Counted from the first letter of the stretch, positions 10,416 to 21,837 are shown. The stretch: 64,000 nucleotides of DNA from Chrysomallon squamiferum (GCA_012295275.1 CM022670.1:3472001-3536000); one strand, 5' to 3'. A program made the numbers and translations. The notes: generated from the sequence alone by a model not told the origin.

Positions 10416-13292
10416 AATAATAATATCAACAACAAAAAAGATATGCATTTTAAAAAATAAAATATGCATAAACACTTTGTTGGACAAGACAAACTTCTGT
10501 AACACTATAATATTTTTAATTTCATATTTTTATTCATTATACCACTTTGATATAATAACTTCATCAAATATCATTTTTACTTTCTTTTTATTAATTTTAA
10601 TAAAAAAGAGTATTCACAGGAAATGTTTCAATTAACCATTTTTATATATTTCTTAAATGGCTTTATATTTAATGATGGGTTTAGTATGAATACTGAGTGT
10701 TGTCATTTGATAAAAATTGTTCTTAAAATGTTGTTTTTTCTTTAACTTAAATATATATGTGTATATATATATCTTTGACAGAAAAAATATAAAGGTGCTC
10801 AGTTGCTGGATAAAAGGAAGAAAAATGAATCAGTGGACTACAGAAATCTCTACCAACCAGATGATATGTAAGGGACTCTTCCCATTACAGATCTTTTTGT
10901 TTTTGTAGTATAGATGAAATATTTTCATTAAATGTTGATAAATAGAAAGACACCATTCCAGCACTGATTACAATCAGAAATAACTGGGGATGGGTTAAAA
11001 TGGTTTGGTTCTGTTTGTTCTCTACCTGAGGCAGTTTAAAAAAAATATATATAATATTATTTTGTTCTGTCTGTCTGTCTGTCTTTCTCTCTCTAACATT
11101 AAATTCTATACACATAATATCACAGCTACAGAAAATGGTAGTGCGCTGTTATTTTTTAACTTTTCTCTTTTTTTGTTATACTTTGTCCGTAATGAAGACA
11201 TATGAACATATGAACAAAAAACCCACAAACACTCAAAAAAACAACAAACACCAAAAACCCAAGGAAAAACAAAAAGAAATACAAATAAATAAAATATATG
11301 TATAGGAAATATACAGACAATATTTTGTTTTGTATTTAATTTTGTATTATCAAATATGTAACTAATCTTCTAACAGTGCAGACCCACAACAGCTGTGCTT
11401 GAACTTTCAGAGTATGTAAATATAGCACATATTGACTGATTTGTCTATCTGGTGTAATGATCTTGTGCACAAGATTATCTCAGAATTTGATAATTCTTTA
11501 CCAGTGAAATCACTAATTTTTATCAGTCTAAAATATTATAAACCTATAAAAAATAATATAAAATATTTTATCTTCCAAATAAGACATTTTATTTCCCTCA
11601 TTAGACATAACACAACCTACCATTAATAATATAAGGCACTGTATATAAGATATCAGTTAAGATAAAATAAATATTTATTCATAATTTTTGTTTTCATTCT
11701 TATATCTATCTTTCTTTCTTCTTTCTTTCAGCAATTTTTTTTTTCTTAACTGTATTAAATTTACAATTAACTTTCCATAAATTCTATTAAATTTACAATA
11801 ATTATATCCATTAATTTATATAATTCTATTTTCAGTTCAAAATTAGCCTCTGAACTTGTCAAAGAAGAAGCTGAGAAGGAGGATAACCAACAACAACAAC
11901 AACCTCAACAGCAACAGCATGTAGCAGAAAAACCTGGGTTAGAAACAACAACTTCCTCTAGTTATTCGGATAGTGCTGTCTCTAAAGTATCGCTTCTTGC
12001 TAACTCTGCTGCCCATAGTGTCCCTAGTTTTTCTTCCTCTTGTTTAATTCAGAAAACAGAAATTATAAATAGTAAACAAATGTCCTTAGAAGTGTATTAA
12101 TTTGGACCGGTTAAATAGAGTTTTGTTCTTTACTTCTATTTTTTTATTTTATATTCTAAATATATATTAAGCCTAGGCCCAGAAAAAACTGTAAAATCCA
12201 GAAATCAGGTTGCTAATCTTGGTGGATAAATGGTTAAACTGTTCTCTACCTGAGGCAGCTTAAAAAAAAAAAATATATATAATATTATTTTTTTCTCTCT
12301 GTCTCTCTCTGACATTAAATTTTTTACATGTTATATCACAGCTACAGAAAATGGTAGTGCACTGATATTTTTTTACTTTTTGCCCCACAACTCAAACCCT
12401 CTGGAAAAAAAAAAAAATTCAAACCAGAAAAAATAAAGAAAAAAGAACAACCAAAAAGAAAAAACAAAAACAAATAAAACATAAAGTGTACAGACTATAT
12501 TCAAATTATTTTACTGTATTTATTTTTTTATCATCAAGATACAATTTTAACAAATTTTCTAATAGTGCTGACCCACAACATTTGTGCTTGAACTTTCAGA
12601 GTATGTATATATAACAGAGATTGATTGCTTTTTCAGGATTATCTCAAGTTTATCTCAAAATTTAATAATTCTTTACTAGTGAAATCACTAATTTTTATCG
12701 GTCTGAAATACTATAAACCTATAAGAAATAATATAAAATATTTTATCTTCCAAATAAGTCATTTTTTTTTCCCCCATTTGACATAACACAACCTACCATA
12801 GGTATTATAAGACTGTACATAAGGTATTTTAGTTAAGTTAAAATCAATTTTTCTTCATTCTTTACTTTATTTTCATTCTCATAGATTTCTTTCTTGCATT
12901 CTTTCTTAATTTCATTTTTTCTTCTTTGCTTTCTTTTTTCCTAACTGCATCACGTTTACAATTAACTTTCCTTAAATTCTATTAAATTTACAATAATTAT
13001 ATCCATTAATTTATATAATTCTATTTTCAGTTCAAATAAAGCCTCTGAACTTGTCAAACAACAACAGCTACAACAGCATGTAGCAGAAAAACCTGGGTTA
13101 GAAAGAACAACTTCCTTTAGTGTTATCTCTGAAGTATCATCTCGTTTTAGGTCTGCTGCCCATAGTGTCCCTAGTTTTTGTTCCTCTAGAGGTGCTGTCT
13201 CTTGTTCTGCTGTCTCTGATTCTTCTGCCAATAAGGAACATCAACAAGCAGAACCAACTGAGTTAATGATCAGTCTGAACATACAGAAGTAA
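1146..13292 (+). CDS. ANO: Anoctamin / TMEM16 family gene (Ca2+-activated Cl- channel or scramblase), 5'-partial, at least 15 exons: 1146-1465, 1924-1983, 2323-2417, 2737-2858, 3197-3286, 3974-4129, 4670-4706, 5203-5312, 5752-5897, 8330-8519, 8910-9039, 9432-9565, 10127-10207, 10782-10867, then 11836-12100 or 13031-13292
   Basis: The spliced translation gives hallmark motifs: QPLWKIRNYFGEKIALYFAW, WGTIFLEIWKRKNATLAYEWDV, LTDWENHRTET, KLFAFQFVNSYASCFYIAFF, EYTEKVIMYGFLMLFAASFPLAP, DIRVDA, RRPVAFIAQDIGMW, FEHIVF, IPDVP. All introns are GT-AG and phases match. The exact paralog cannot be assigned. Confidence 0.95.
1575..1900. repeat. Degenerate ~80-90 bp intronic tandem repeat, 4 units
   Basis: tttttatagc(t/a)(g/a)ataatata...ttgtatt motif at ~1601, 1676, 1772, 1856, alternating with ttctaaatt. 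Confidence 0.7.
1924..1983 (+). CDS. Anoctamin exon B (TM1-TM2 loop)
   Basis: tttcag|T...GA|gtaag, 60 nt, phase 2 to phase 2; (S)VEESKEMTHPTLNNATLVD(E), with an N-glycosylation sequon NAT. Confidence 0.85.
2238..2287. repeat. (TC)n microsatellite just upstream of exon C
   Basis: Pure TC run. Confidence 0.95.
2323..2417 (+). CDS. Anoctamin exon C (TM2)
   Basis: tttag|A; VKAAVQNLLSIIKQSFDNDITPFFALVMCLW; G|gtgag. Confidence 0.93.
2737..2858 (+). CDS. Anoctamin exon D
   Basis: tttcag|GC; TIFLEIWKRKNATLAYEWDVDEFEAKEPDRPQYFGTKVKK; |gtaaat. Confidence 0.95.
3197..3286 (+). CDS. Anoctamin exon E
   Basis: ctgtag|DPVTKEKNWYYPFKRQFLKFTASTSVLIFL|gtgag; 90 nt. Confidence 0.93.
3628..3975. repeat. Degenerate ~90-100 bp tandem repeat, 4 units, ending at the exon F acceptor
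   Basis: tcaaagc(a/g)...tttca(g/c)at-type motif at ~3632, 3717, 3821, 3913. Confidence 0.7.
3974..4129 (+). CDS. Anoctamin exon F (TM3-TM4)
   Basis: tttcag|ICLVLVSVLGVIIYRV...SSLLNAISILLLGK|gtagtt; 156 nt. Confidence 0.93.
4670..4706 (+). CDS. Anoctamin exon G
   Basis: taaag|VYDEIAAKLTDW G|gtaag; 37 nt. Confidence 0.92.
5203..5312 (+). CDS. Anoctamin exon H (TM5)
   Basis: tttcag|(E)NHRTETQHNDALIIKLFAFQFVNSYASCFYIAFFRG|gtaaat. Confidence 0.95.
5752..5897 (+). CDS. Anoctamin exon I (TM5-TM6 loop and TM6)
   Basis: atcag|KFDQNGLVGRGADYRDSCEGTCMSQLSFQVLILMLVKPFPKLFKDFII CC|gtaagt. Confidence 0.93.
6514..6646 (+). pseudogene. Truncated duplicate J1 of the anoctamin TM6-TM7 exon (pseudo-exon or alternative exon)
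   Basis: Intact acceptor ttag|A; open frame FVKKRWRKRPKWLRCCQKNRVDQEAQERSGRLPDQHKTFLECEK, then gtttaa and intron-derived sequence; lacks the TM7 part. Confidence 0.85.
7335..7467 (+). pseudogene. Truncated duplicate J2 of the same exon (5' end like J3, remainder like J1)
   Basis: FIKKCWRNRPKWLRCCQKNRVDQ...FLECEK then gtttaa; same 133-nt length as J1. Confidence 0.85.
8330..8519 (+). CDS. Anoctamin exon J3 (complete TM6-TM7 loop and TM7)
   Basis: ttag|A FIKKCWRNHPKCLRCCQKKAEEGSRKLSVQQRFLKCEKEKLRLEDDFTLGEYTEKVIMYGFLM|gtatgt; 190 nt, phase 2 to phase 0. Confidence 0.93.
8910..9039 (+). CDS. Anoctamin exon K (TM7-TM8)
   Basis: tttcag|LFAASFPLAPFLALITILIDIRVDANRMLWWYRRPVAFIAQDI G|gtaaat. Confidence 0.95.
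9025..9240. repeat. ~100 bp tandem duplication of the exon K 3' end and donor
   Basis: tagctcaggatattggtaaattgaatttc (9025) versus tagctcaggatattagtaaattgtatttc (9125). Confidence 0.85.
9432..9565 (+). CDS. Anoctamin exon L (TM9 to start of TM10)
   Basis: tttcag|(G)MWYNILSFVNFAGVLSNAFLIAFTSSWGQKFSLEQKLWIVIGFE|gttagt. Confidence 0.95.
10127..10207 (+). CDS. Anoctamin exon M (TM10)
   Basis: tttcag|HIVFVLKFILAYMIPDVPSKVRLAIRQ|gtgagt; 81 nt. Confidence 0.95.
10782..10867 (+). CDS. Anoctamin exon N (C-terminal tail)
   Basis: gacag|KKYKGAQLLDKRKKNESVDYRNLYQPDD AT|gtaagg; in phase with exon M. Confidence 0.8.
11836..12100 (+). CDS. C-terminal exon copy O1 (Glu/Gln/Ser-rich), ends at TAA 12098-12100
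   Basis: tttcag|T SKLASELVKEEAEKEDNQQQQQPQQQQHVAEKPGLETTTSSSYSDSAVSKV...LEVY*; phase 2 matches exon N. Confidence 0.6.
13031..13292 (+). CDS. C-terminal exon copy O2, ending at TAA 13290-13292 or at donor AA|gtaaaa after 13288
   Basis: tttcag|T SNKASELVKQQQLQQHVAEKPGLERTTSFSVISEV...NIQK*; paralogous to O1, phase 2. Confidence 0.6.
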
Positions 13293-13462
13293 AAAGGTTC
13301 GAATAGAATTTCACGTTACTCGTGTTACCGAATTTTAATACCAGTTCTAAACCATTTATTCATCTTCAGTAAACTGAAAGTATCTTCTTCACATATATAT
13401 TTTTTTACATGTATTAATTTGGAAAACTGGGATTATAAAGAAAAAAAATGTCTTCTGAAGTA

Positions 13463-14242
13463 CTGTGGTACCTCGAGTTACAAGTGCTGCAACTTACGAG
13501 TTTTCCAAGTTACAAGCAGTCACCCAGTTGATCTTTTACTTTGACTTGCAAGCCAAAATCCAAGTTACGAGCGAGCTTCAGGTATGCCACCACTAGTTGG
13601 CGCAATGAACAACACAACATCCACCCAGCATCCCACATCTTACTCATTTGCTTCATGTGGTTACCTCACTGTGGAAGCATCTCTGTTGTGTTGTGCTTGC
13701 ATTTTATGCAGTATATTGCCAAATTTCCATGGATCCTAAGAAAGCGAGTGCAAAGGAAGTGCTGAGAAGAAGAAGCTGATGATGTTAATTGAATTAAAGC
13801 ATGAAATCATAGAAAACCTTAGCAAGATGTGTGTGTAGGCATTGTCGCTTGGCAGTACGAGCATAGTACTTTTACAATATGTACAATACTGAAGTAGAAG
13901 GAGTTGATAAAGGATGCAAGTCCAGCCAAAGGCATTAAGATAATTTCTAAACTGAGGACATCTGTCCATGTAAACATGGAGTAACCCTAACCCTGTACAC
14001 TTTACAAAACCAATCTATTTCTTTACATTCTCTTTCATTTTGTTTTTATACAGTATTTATCATTTATACATACATTTTTGTTATTTAAAAACACGTTACA
14101 AGAAATTGGGGTTTTTGGGGAACTGGAACGCATTAATAATATTTCAGTTAATTTCATTAGGGAAAAGTGATTTGATATATGAGCAAATTGAGTACAAGCT
14201 CAGTCACAGAACAAATTAAACTCATAAGTCAAGGTACCACTG
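13463..14242 (+). mobile_element. Internally deleted Tigger/pogo-type (Tc1/mariner superfamily) DNA transposon, ~780 bp
   Basis: Imperfect ~22-bp TIRs: left ctgtggtacctcgagttacaag, right ctcataagtcaaggtaccactg (reverse complement cagtggtaccttgacttatgag). TA lies 5' of the element. A decayed transposase N-terminus starts at ATG 13729: MDPKKASAK/GSAEKKKLMMLIELKHEIIE...STFTICTILK*KELIKDASPAKGIKIISKLRTSVHVNME (psq/CENP-B-type HTH). Confidence 0.9.
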
Positions 14243-14816
14243 AATATTAATTCAGATAGGAGGAATTAGTTTTGTTCTTTCCTTTTCCTTTTTTGTTTTA
14301 TATTCTAAATGTATATTAAGCCTAGGCCCCAAAAACTGTAAAATCCAGAAATCATTTCAGGTTGCTAAGCTTGCTGGATAAATGGTTAAACTGCTACCTG
14401 TATGATGAAAACATAACATACAGCTTGAAAAAATCATAATTTAAGATTTGTTTAGAGCTGTGCATATAAAAATAAGATTTAAAATTTTAAATTCTGATAA
14501 TACTGAACTGTTATTATTATTATTATTATTAAACCCAGTAATTTATTCGTTAATGGGATTTTTTCCCACAAATTTAAATTCTGAGTTGTTATTATACTAT
14601 GCATGCATTTAAAAGACATAAACAACAACAACAACAACAAAATAACAACATTAAAAAAAATCAGTGTATAGGATATTCAAACAGCAGATACATGCATTGA
14701 AATGTGTTTTCAACATAATGGCAGTCATGTAGAGCATATTATATAAATAAGAATGGTTTTTCATATAAAAACATTTATTTTTCCTGTGTATAGAATTTTA
14801 TGGTACACCCTGTATA

Positions 14817-14864
<48 letters not shown>

Positions 14865-15506
14865 GTTAAGATTTTAATTATACCATATCACTTTATGTTA
14901 TTATCCTATTGGCTTTTATTTTATTTTTAATTTTTACTTCTTCCAGCACTATTGCTGATTTTATACGTGAAATTAAGTTAGCACTGACAATTGTCTGCGT
15001 GCTTTAATTGTTGCTTATACACAATCTATTTAATTGGCTTTCATGTCAGGTTAATTAAAAGCAATTCTACTTATCAGTAAAGTATTTGTTTTTGTTATGG
15101 TTTCAAATAGTAATAAAGATGATAAATATAATTCATTAAAATATTTATATTCACCTTTGTATACATTTCTGCTTTTTGCATGTGTTTGTATATATATATA
15201 TTTATGTTTATCTGTTTGTATGACTGCATTATTTATTTATTTATTTATTTATTTATGTTATCTCTGTGTGTGTGTGTTTCTGTTTGCATATGTGTGTGTG
15301 TGTGTGTGTGTTTCTGTGTATGTGTCTACATTTACATACATATATAAATTCTCTAATTCCATTGATAGAATAATTTAAATATTATAAATTATCATTTAAT
15401 TTTCAGTTGGTAATGCTAACAAATAAATAAAAAAAAAAAATAAAAAAGAAATAAAAAAATGTTACTGTAACTCTAGATCAAGTTAATAAATTATGTTTTA
15501 TTTCAG

Positions 15507-15603
15507 GAAATCAGAAAATTATCAAAGACAAATCTTTGAGACAAGTGAACCATCTGATTCTACAGTTCCCCCACTTTTTAGTTATATTATATGTCAAAAT
15601 TAG
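15507..15603 (+). CDS. Possible final anoctamin exon
   Basis: ttttatttcag|G KSENYQRQIFETSEPSDSTVPPLFSYIICQN*; in phase with the donors at 13289 and 10868. No homology support. Confidence 0.3.
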
Positions 15604-16811
15604 AAGAGAAAAGCAAGAAAAAAGAGAAAAAAACAAAGAAAAATTCATAAACTGGAAAAGAAAAAAAGAAAAAAGGAATTAAGAAAGATAACACCAACAA
15701 AGAAAACAAATTCTCAAAAAATATAAGAAAAAATATAAGAAAACAAATAAAAAAGAAAGCAATGAAGAATAAAAAAAATATAATAAATATTTTTTATAAA
15801 CTTAAAGAATAATGGTGTAAAAAATGAAAGAAAATAAAACAAAAACAAAGAAACGAAAAATGAAAGAAAGCAACAACAAAGAAAGAAGGAAAGAAGAATT
15901 ATCTGCAGTAGACTTTTAATTGGAAAACAAACTCACTAATTATATTACTTCTGTTTATAACAGACGATATTCTTATAGTTAATGTTTCATCAATAGATTT
16001 TTATAACAAAATTGTAAACTGATGACTATTTTTAATAATTATTGTGTACTTGACTGAAACATATAAGACATTTTATCAGATTTTATGACATAAGGAGGTA
16101 AAAATTGTGTACAAAAATGTTTTACCAAACTGACAGGTATTGACTCTTTGTCCTTTTTATTAATGTTGAAGAAAGAAGTTTTATCCATTTTTATTTTTTA
16201 TTTTATTTTGACTTTTAATTGAAAAACAAAGTAATATTTATTACTTGCTTATATTGTAAGAAAATGGAGTTTTATAAATATCTTTTCTAAAAATCATTAA
16301 ATATATAAGTATTTTTTTTTTTAATCATGAAATTTAACTAATACATGAAATTGGTTTCTTAAACTTACAGTGATTATGATTATTAATAGTATTTATTTAT
16401 TTAGCCTATCACAGCATAATACATTTTAACATGATAGCATCATGTCATATAACTTGTGTATCAGATATTTTCTAATTTTTGTCTTGCAAAAGTATTTATA
16501 TTTTGCAATCACTGAAACATAACAGTATATTATTATCTGTAATAAATTAACAATAAAGATAATTTTTTGTCATTTATTATTATTAATATATTTTAGGTTT
16601 TCAGAGACAGTTTTATTTTTTTAATTTATCATTTTTGTTTGTTACTGTTTATTTACTGAAATGTTTTCATTAAGAAATAAAACAAATATGTTTAAAAAGA
16701 TGGGAACAAATTTACATTTATTAATAAAGGTGTTTATTAGAATAAAATTTTATATTTTTAAATTTTACTCTTATTTTTTTATAATTAATACATTAATTCA
16801 TTCATTCATTC

Positions 16812-16848
<37 letters not shown>

Positions 16849-18594
16849 GTTATAGCATAGAATTTTGGTATTCTGAACAAATTTAACTTTTATTTTAATT
16901 AATGTGCTTCTTATTTTATACTATTTACATTATTGTTGATTTTTCTTTAGTTTTCTTCTTCCATTTTGTTTTATGTTATTTTATATTTTATTTGTTTTTA
17001 TTTATAATTATACAATTTATAAACTTTTTTACTAATTGCTCAACTGAAATATCTCAGTTTTACACTTTTTTTATTTTGATATTTTTATAACTTATTGTGC
17101 CTTAATAATTGTTCAGATTCCAATGTAATTTTCAGAATTATAAATGAAACTAAAAATTGTTTCATGTAATATGTAATACATTAATTTATTCTGGTTTATT
17201 GGTTTATTTAATATGGTTGCTATTTTTTTTATATTTATGGCTTGTAATCTAAACATGAATAAGTTACATTTATTCATGTCATAAAATAAAAAATATTTTT
17301 AAAATGATCCCATCAGTAAAAGATTTAGAAAAAGAAAAAAGAAAATTGTTATAGAAGATTTACACATGAAGATTGTTAATCAATATTTGCTAAAACAGAA
17401 CTATTTTAAATTATTGAACTATTTTGATATATAAGTATTTTCAGGTTTTGTTTCTGCAATAAAAATATTTTTTAAAGAGTCTCTTTATAAATTTTGTTTC
17501 TAGATAAGGGAGACAACTATAAATACCTTATTATTGAATATGGTTTTTCTTTTGGATTTTTAAAAAACGAAAGATTAGTGTTATGTTTATATATCATTTA
17601 TTTACATTGAACAATAATTTCAAACATCACTTAATACGTATATCAAAGTTTATAAAAAAAAAATTAAAAAAAATACAAAACATTTTTCTTGTTTCATCTT
17701 TACAAAAAATATATTTCAAATTTAAAAAAAGAAAAAGGAAGAAAAAAGATATGTATATTTTTAAAAATGTCAAGTTTATTCTGTTGATACTGTTTTCTGG
17801 TTTCTACATCCATCCTGATTATCATTTTCAGTTTATACATGTCAGTTTTAAATTTTAATACCAAGTTGACCACACAGCATGTTAACTGTGATAAATAATT
17901 GTATTTATAATAATTAATATTTTGTTTGTATAGTTTTATTAAACTCTTAAAATCTGGATTAACAGATGTAGTCATTTTATATTCATATTCATGAATGGTT
18001 TTAATATTTTGTATGTTTTTACATGGTGCCATACTCTTCTATTTATTTGTGTGTATTACTTTAATGTGTTAATTAAGGTTAAAATATTATTAATAACATT
18101 AAAAATGACAAATTCATACTTGAAATATCTATATCTATACTAATCTATCTATCTGTATATTCATTTAAAACCAAAAGTACAATTTTATTTTAAAAAATGT
18201 TTTTTTTTTTTTTTTAATTACGTTTTTAATTATATACAAAATTACATTCTTAAAATCCATACAAGATTTAAAAAAACAAAACAAAACCAAAAAACAAACA
18301 AACAAAAAAAACTATTATTTAGTTTAATGGGACATTTCATAGTATTAAATTATTTACATAATATATATTGATCATACTTTCTGTAGAACATAGTCCAAAA
18401 TTTGAGTTGAATAAGCAGATTAATGGATTATAGGATTAACAAAAACAAAAACTAAACAATATCTATGCCTTATGTAACAGTTTAGTTGTGTACTTGTTAA
18501 GTGCAAGTTATTTATGTATTCAGTTTCAGGGTAACATACTTGTATTTTGTAAAATGCATCTCTGGTTTAAAATGTTTACATGAGAAATATTTTA

Positions 18595-19100
18595 CAATAT
18601 GTTAGATTTACTGTTTAATTTCAGTTAAAATATATTAAATACGATTATAATAATATGTTAATGTCAGATTTTAAATTTTATCTCCTAGAACGTTATGCAG
18701 TATTTTAATGTCAGATTTATAAATTTCAAATTTTTTAATGTGACATTTATGTTTGTAAAAATAGATATTAATGTCAAATAATTATAACTGTAACTCCTAG
18801 AATGTTTTTTTTGTTTAAATGTATGTTAATGTCACATTTATAAATTTAACTCTAATTAACATATATTAATATATTGTGATACTGTTAATATTGGATTTAT
18901 TAATGTAACTTCTAAAATTCTGTGGTAATATGTTCTTACTAATGTGAATAATATTAACCCCAACTGTAATGATTTATGTTAATGTTAGATTTATATTTTT
19001 GACTGCAAAATGATAATGTCAGATTTATGTATTAATCCTCATCATAATATTAGATTTACAGTTCTAACCACCAATTCTACTGTAATAATTGTTAATGGAT
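18595..19100. repeat. Degenerate minisatellite (~35-55 bp period, ~10 units)
   Basis: Recurrent core taatgtcagatttat / taatgttagatttat at ~18660, 18707, 18770, 18827, 18980, 19014, 19046. Confidence 0.7.
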
Positions 19101-20123
19101 GTTATCTAGTATGAGTTGAATAATATTACTGCTAAAATTAATATTGTATAAGTTTTATGATATCAATATTTATTTATTCCACACTAAATTTTTAATGGTG
19201 TTACAAGTTGTAGATCTTTTTTCTGAAAACTGTACGGTTTTCTGAGCCATTGAAATGGCGATATTTTACAGTTCTCAGATTGTTTTGCACACACAAACTT
19301 TATTTCATAAAGCAAATTATAAAAAATGATATATATATATATATAGTTATTTAAAAATAGGAAAAATCCTGAAATTTGAAGCAATTCCAGTCCCAAGAAT
19401 TTCGAAAAAAGCATCCTAACTGTTGTTGTTGCTGATTTTAATGTTAAGTTTGTTATTTTAAACTGCTTGATATGTTTTTATTTCCTAATTTAATAATTTG
19501 TTTCACCAATTTTTTGGACCACAGTTCATGACGAAGAACAATCATTTATACTGAACTCTGTAGTAAGTCTTCTTTACATATATAGTTACAGATTATCAAG
19601 AAAGTCATTATAATGTTGTACTTAAAGCTGTGATATTTTTGTTCATTTCAGTTGTTTGCTAATTTTACAGTTAATTTATATTCATTCAGTGTTATCACAT
19701 ACACACATACATACATATAGATATGCACATATACACATATGTAAAATTTATTTGTAAATGAAATATCTTATTTACCTGTAATATTCTGAATTACGTGTAA
19801 TGATAGTTATATAGAGAACCTGAGTAACTAAAACTTATATTTTGAACATTTATATTTTAATTTCTATATAATTTATACCTAACTACTTGTATATTAAATT
19901 TTTCTTTAATACATTTAATATCATAGAATTATTTATTCAGTATTTGTGATTTTATTTTGTTAGCTATAATTTTATTTTTTTAATCTCAACCTTTTGTTTC
20001 CGTCCACGATCTTTTCCTATTGTAAGTCTTATTTTTATTTTTAGAGAGTTTATTTTTATCATATATTCAGTAAATAATTAGATTTTATTATTATTAATGA
20101 CTTTCACAGAAAAAAAAATAAGT

Positions 20124-20156
<33 letters not shown>

Positions 20157-21785
20157 AACTTCACTTTGCCATTAGCAATAATCATTTGCTGGAGTTGTTT
20201 TCGTTTTACACTGCCATAATTATAAATATATAAAGAATTAAAATTAAATAAACATCAAATAATGAAACAAATTAATAAAGAAGTAAATAAAAACCCAAAA
20301 ACGTAAATACTTAAATTTAGAAAACAAGTAATTAAATAGAAAAGTAAATGAAACAAAAAATAGATAAAAGAAACATAAATGTCCGTATTTCACAGTGCTG
20401 TTTATTTTTATCAAAATAATCTCGCAGAAAGAGTGAATCACTATTGACTATAAAATAAATGATATTAAATATATGTCTGTATTTTAATGCGTATTTAAAT
20501 GTACTATTTTCTGTAATTGTCAAGTAAAAACAGATAGCAATTTTCACACATTGAAATTATTTAAAAAATGTTTAAACATATTATTATTATTTTTTAAATT
20601 ACTTATTTACTTGTATTTATTTTGTTTCAAATTATAACGTAAATTAACTGAATTTGATTTTTTTTTCTTGCAGACATTATGCTTCTAAATCTGATTGTTT
20701 ACTCATCATATATATATTTTTAAAATGCTTACAAATTTAAGTATATTTATTTATTAACATTTTATTTGTGTGTTTGATTATTTATTTATTTATTTATATA
20801 ACTGTAAACACTTTTTGTGCTAGGGACATAATAAAATCTGTAATTTTTCATAAATTACATTTTCTTGTAATGGATTATCGATGAAATTATGACAGGAAGA
20901 AATTTTGACCGTCTTCATTATGTTAAGAACCACACTAAATTAAAATGGCTTTCACAACTAAAGAACAGCAGTGTAAAGAGAAATTAATTTTAAACAGAAA
21001 ATTGAACAAATTATTAGTAAATAATTATATATGGACAAATAAGTAAAGTGTTAAACCCATGCTTTATTATTAAAACAGCTATCATCTATTAAACAAGATA
21101 ACAATGTGTATTTATTTGAAATATCTGCTTCTTGTAACACGATATTCAGCTATCTTGCTTCATGTTACCGCTGTCGAGTTCTCTCTCGTGGAATTGTGTA
21201 GAAACTCGCAGATAAGGCTCGAAAACATTGTTGGAATGTCTTTTCTGTAAACGCTTCAATGAAGATAAGGTTGTTGTTTTTTGTGGGGTTGTTTTGTGTG
21301 TTTTGTGGGGTTTTTTGGTTTTGTTTTGCCATCGCATTGTCAATTCAAATAAAACGATAAATATATACGTACAATGTAGAATAGGGTCTTATTTTTGAGT
21401 TTTCTTGACATCCATTAGATTTGATCTCGGTGCCTAAGTGTTGGATTGTGTTAACGTGGTTGTAGTTGAAACTAATATGATAAAGACACTCGGTGGTGTG
21501 ATCATACACTGTAACGTATTGTTTTTAATGTATTCTGAGGGTGGTTTGTTCTATGTAAGAAGTATCTTACAAATGTGAACACTGATAAACAGCCTTTTAA
21601 GATTAAAGCCCTCCCCCCCCCTTTTTTTTTTTTTTTTTTCTGTCTCTCTGTCATGGATTTCTTTTTAAAGTAGTTTACCCTTTAAACATGTAGTGAACAG
21701 CAGTTATTCCAGTTTATATTTAAGCACTATTTTCATTATTTATTTATTTTAAATATGAAAAACGTTGTGACGACATTCGTAATGA

Positions 21786-21823
<38 letters not shown>

Positions 21824-21837
21824 TAATAATAATAAAT

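Larger units (their letters stand above)
11017..14395. repeat. Diverged tandem duplication; unit 1 ~11017-12240, unit 2 ~12241-14395 including the transposon
   Basis: Paired anchors: gttctctacctgaggcag (11017/12241), gacccacaaca...gtgcttgaactttcagagtatg (11381/12570), aagcctaggccc...tggataaatggttaaact (12169/14318). Confidence 0.9.

Noticed and set aside
10866-10871. ATG TAA read-through at exon N as the true gene end
   Set aside because: The TAA is part of a normal phase-2 gtaagg donor, and in-phase downstream exons exist. It cannot be fully excluded without transcripts.
12962-13231. 89-aa minus-strand ORF (MAEESETAEQ...)
   Set aside because: It is the antisense shadow of exon O2, which has a proper acceptor and phase on the plus strand.
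13541-13969. ORFs 13541-13765 (+) and 13736-13969 (-)
   Set aside because: They lie inside the decayed Tigger element and are not its transposase frame.
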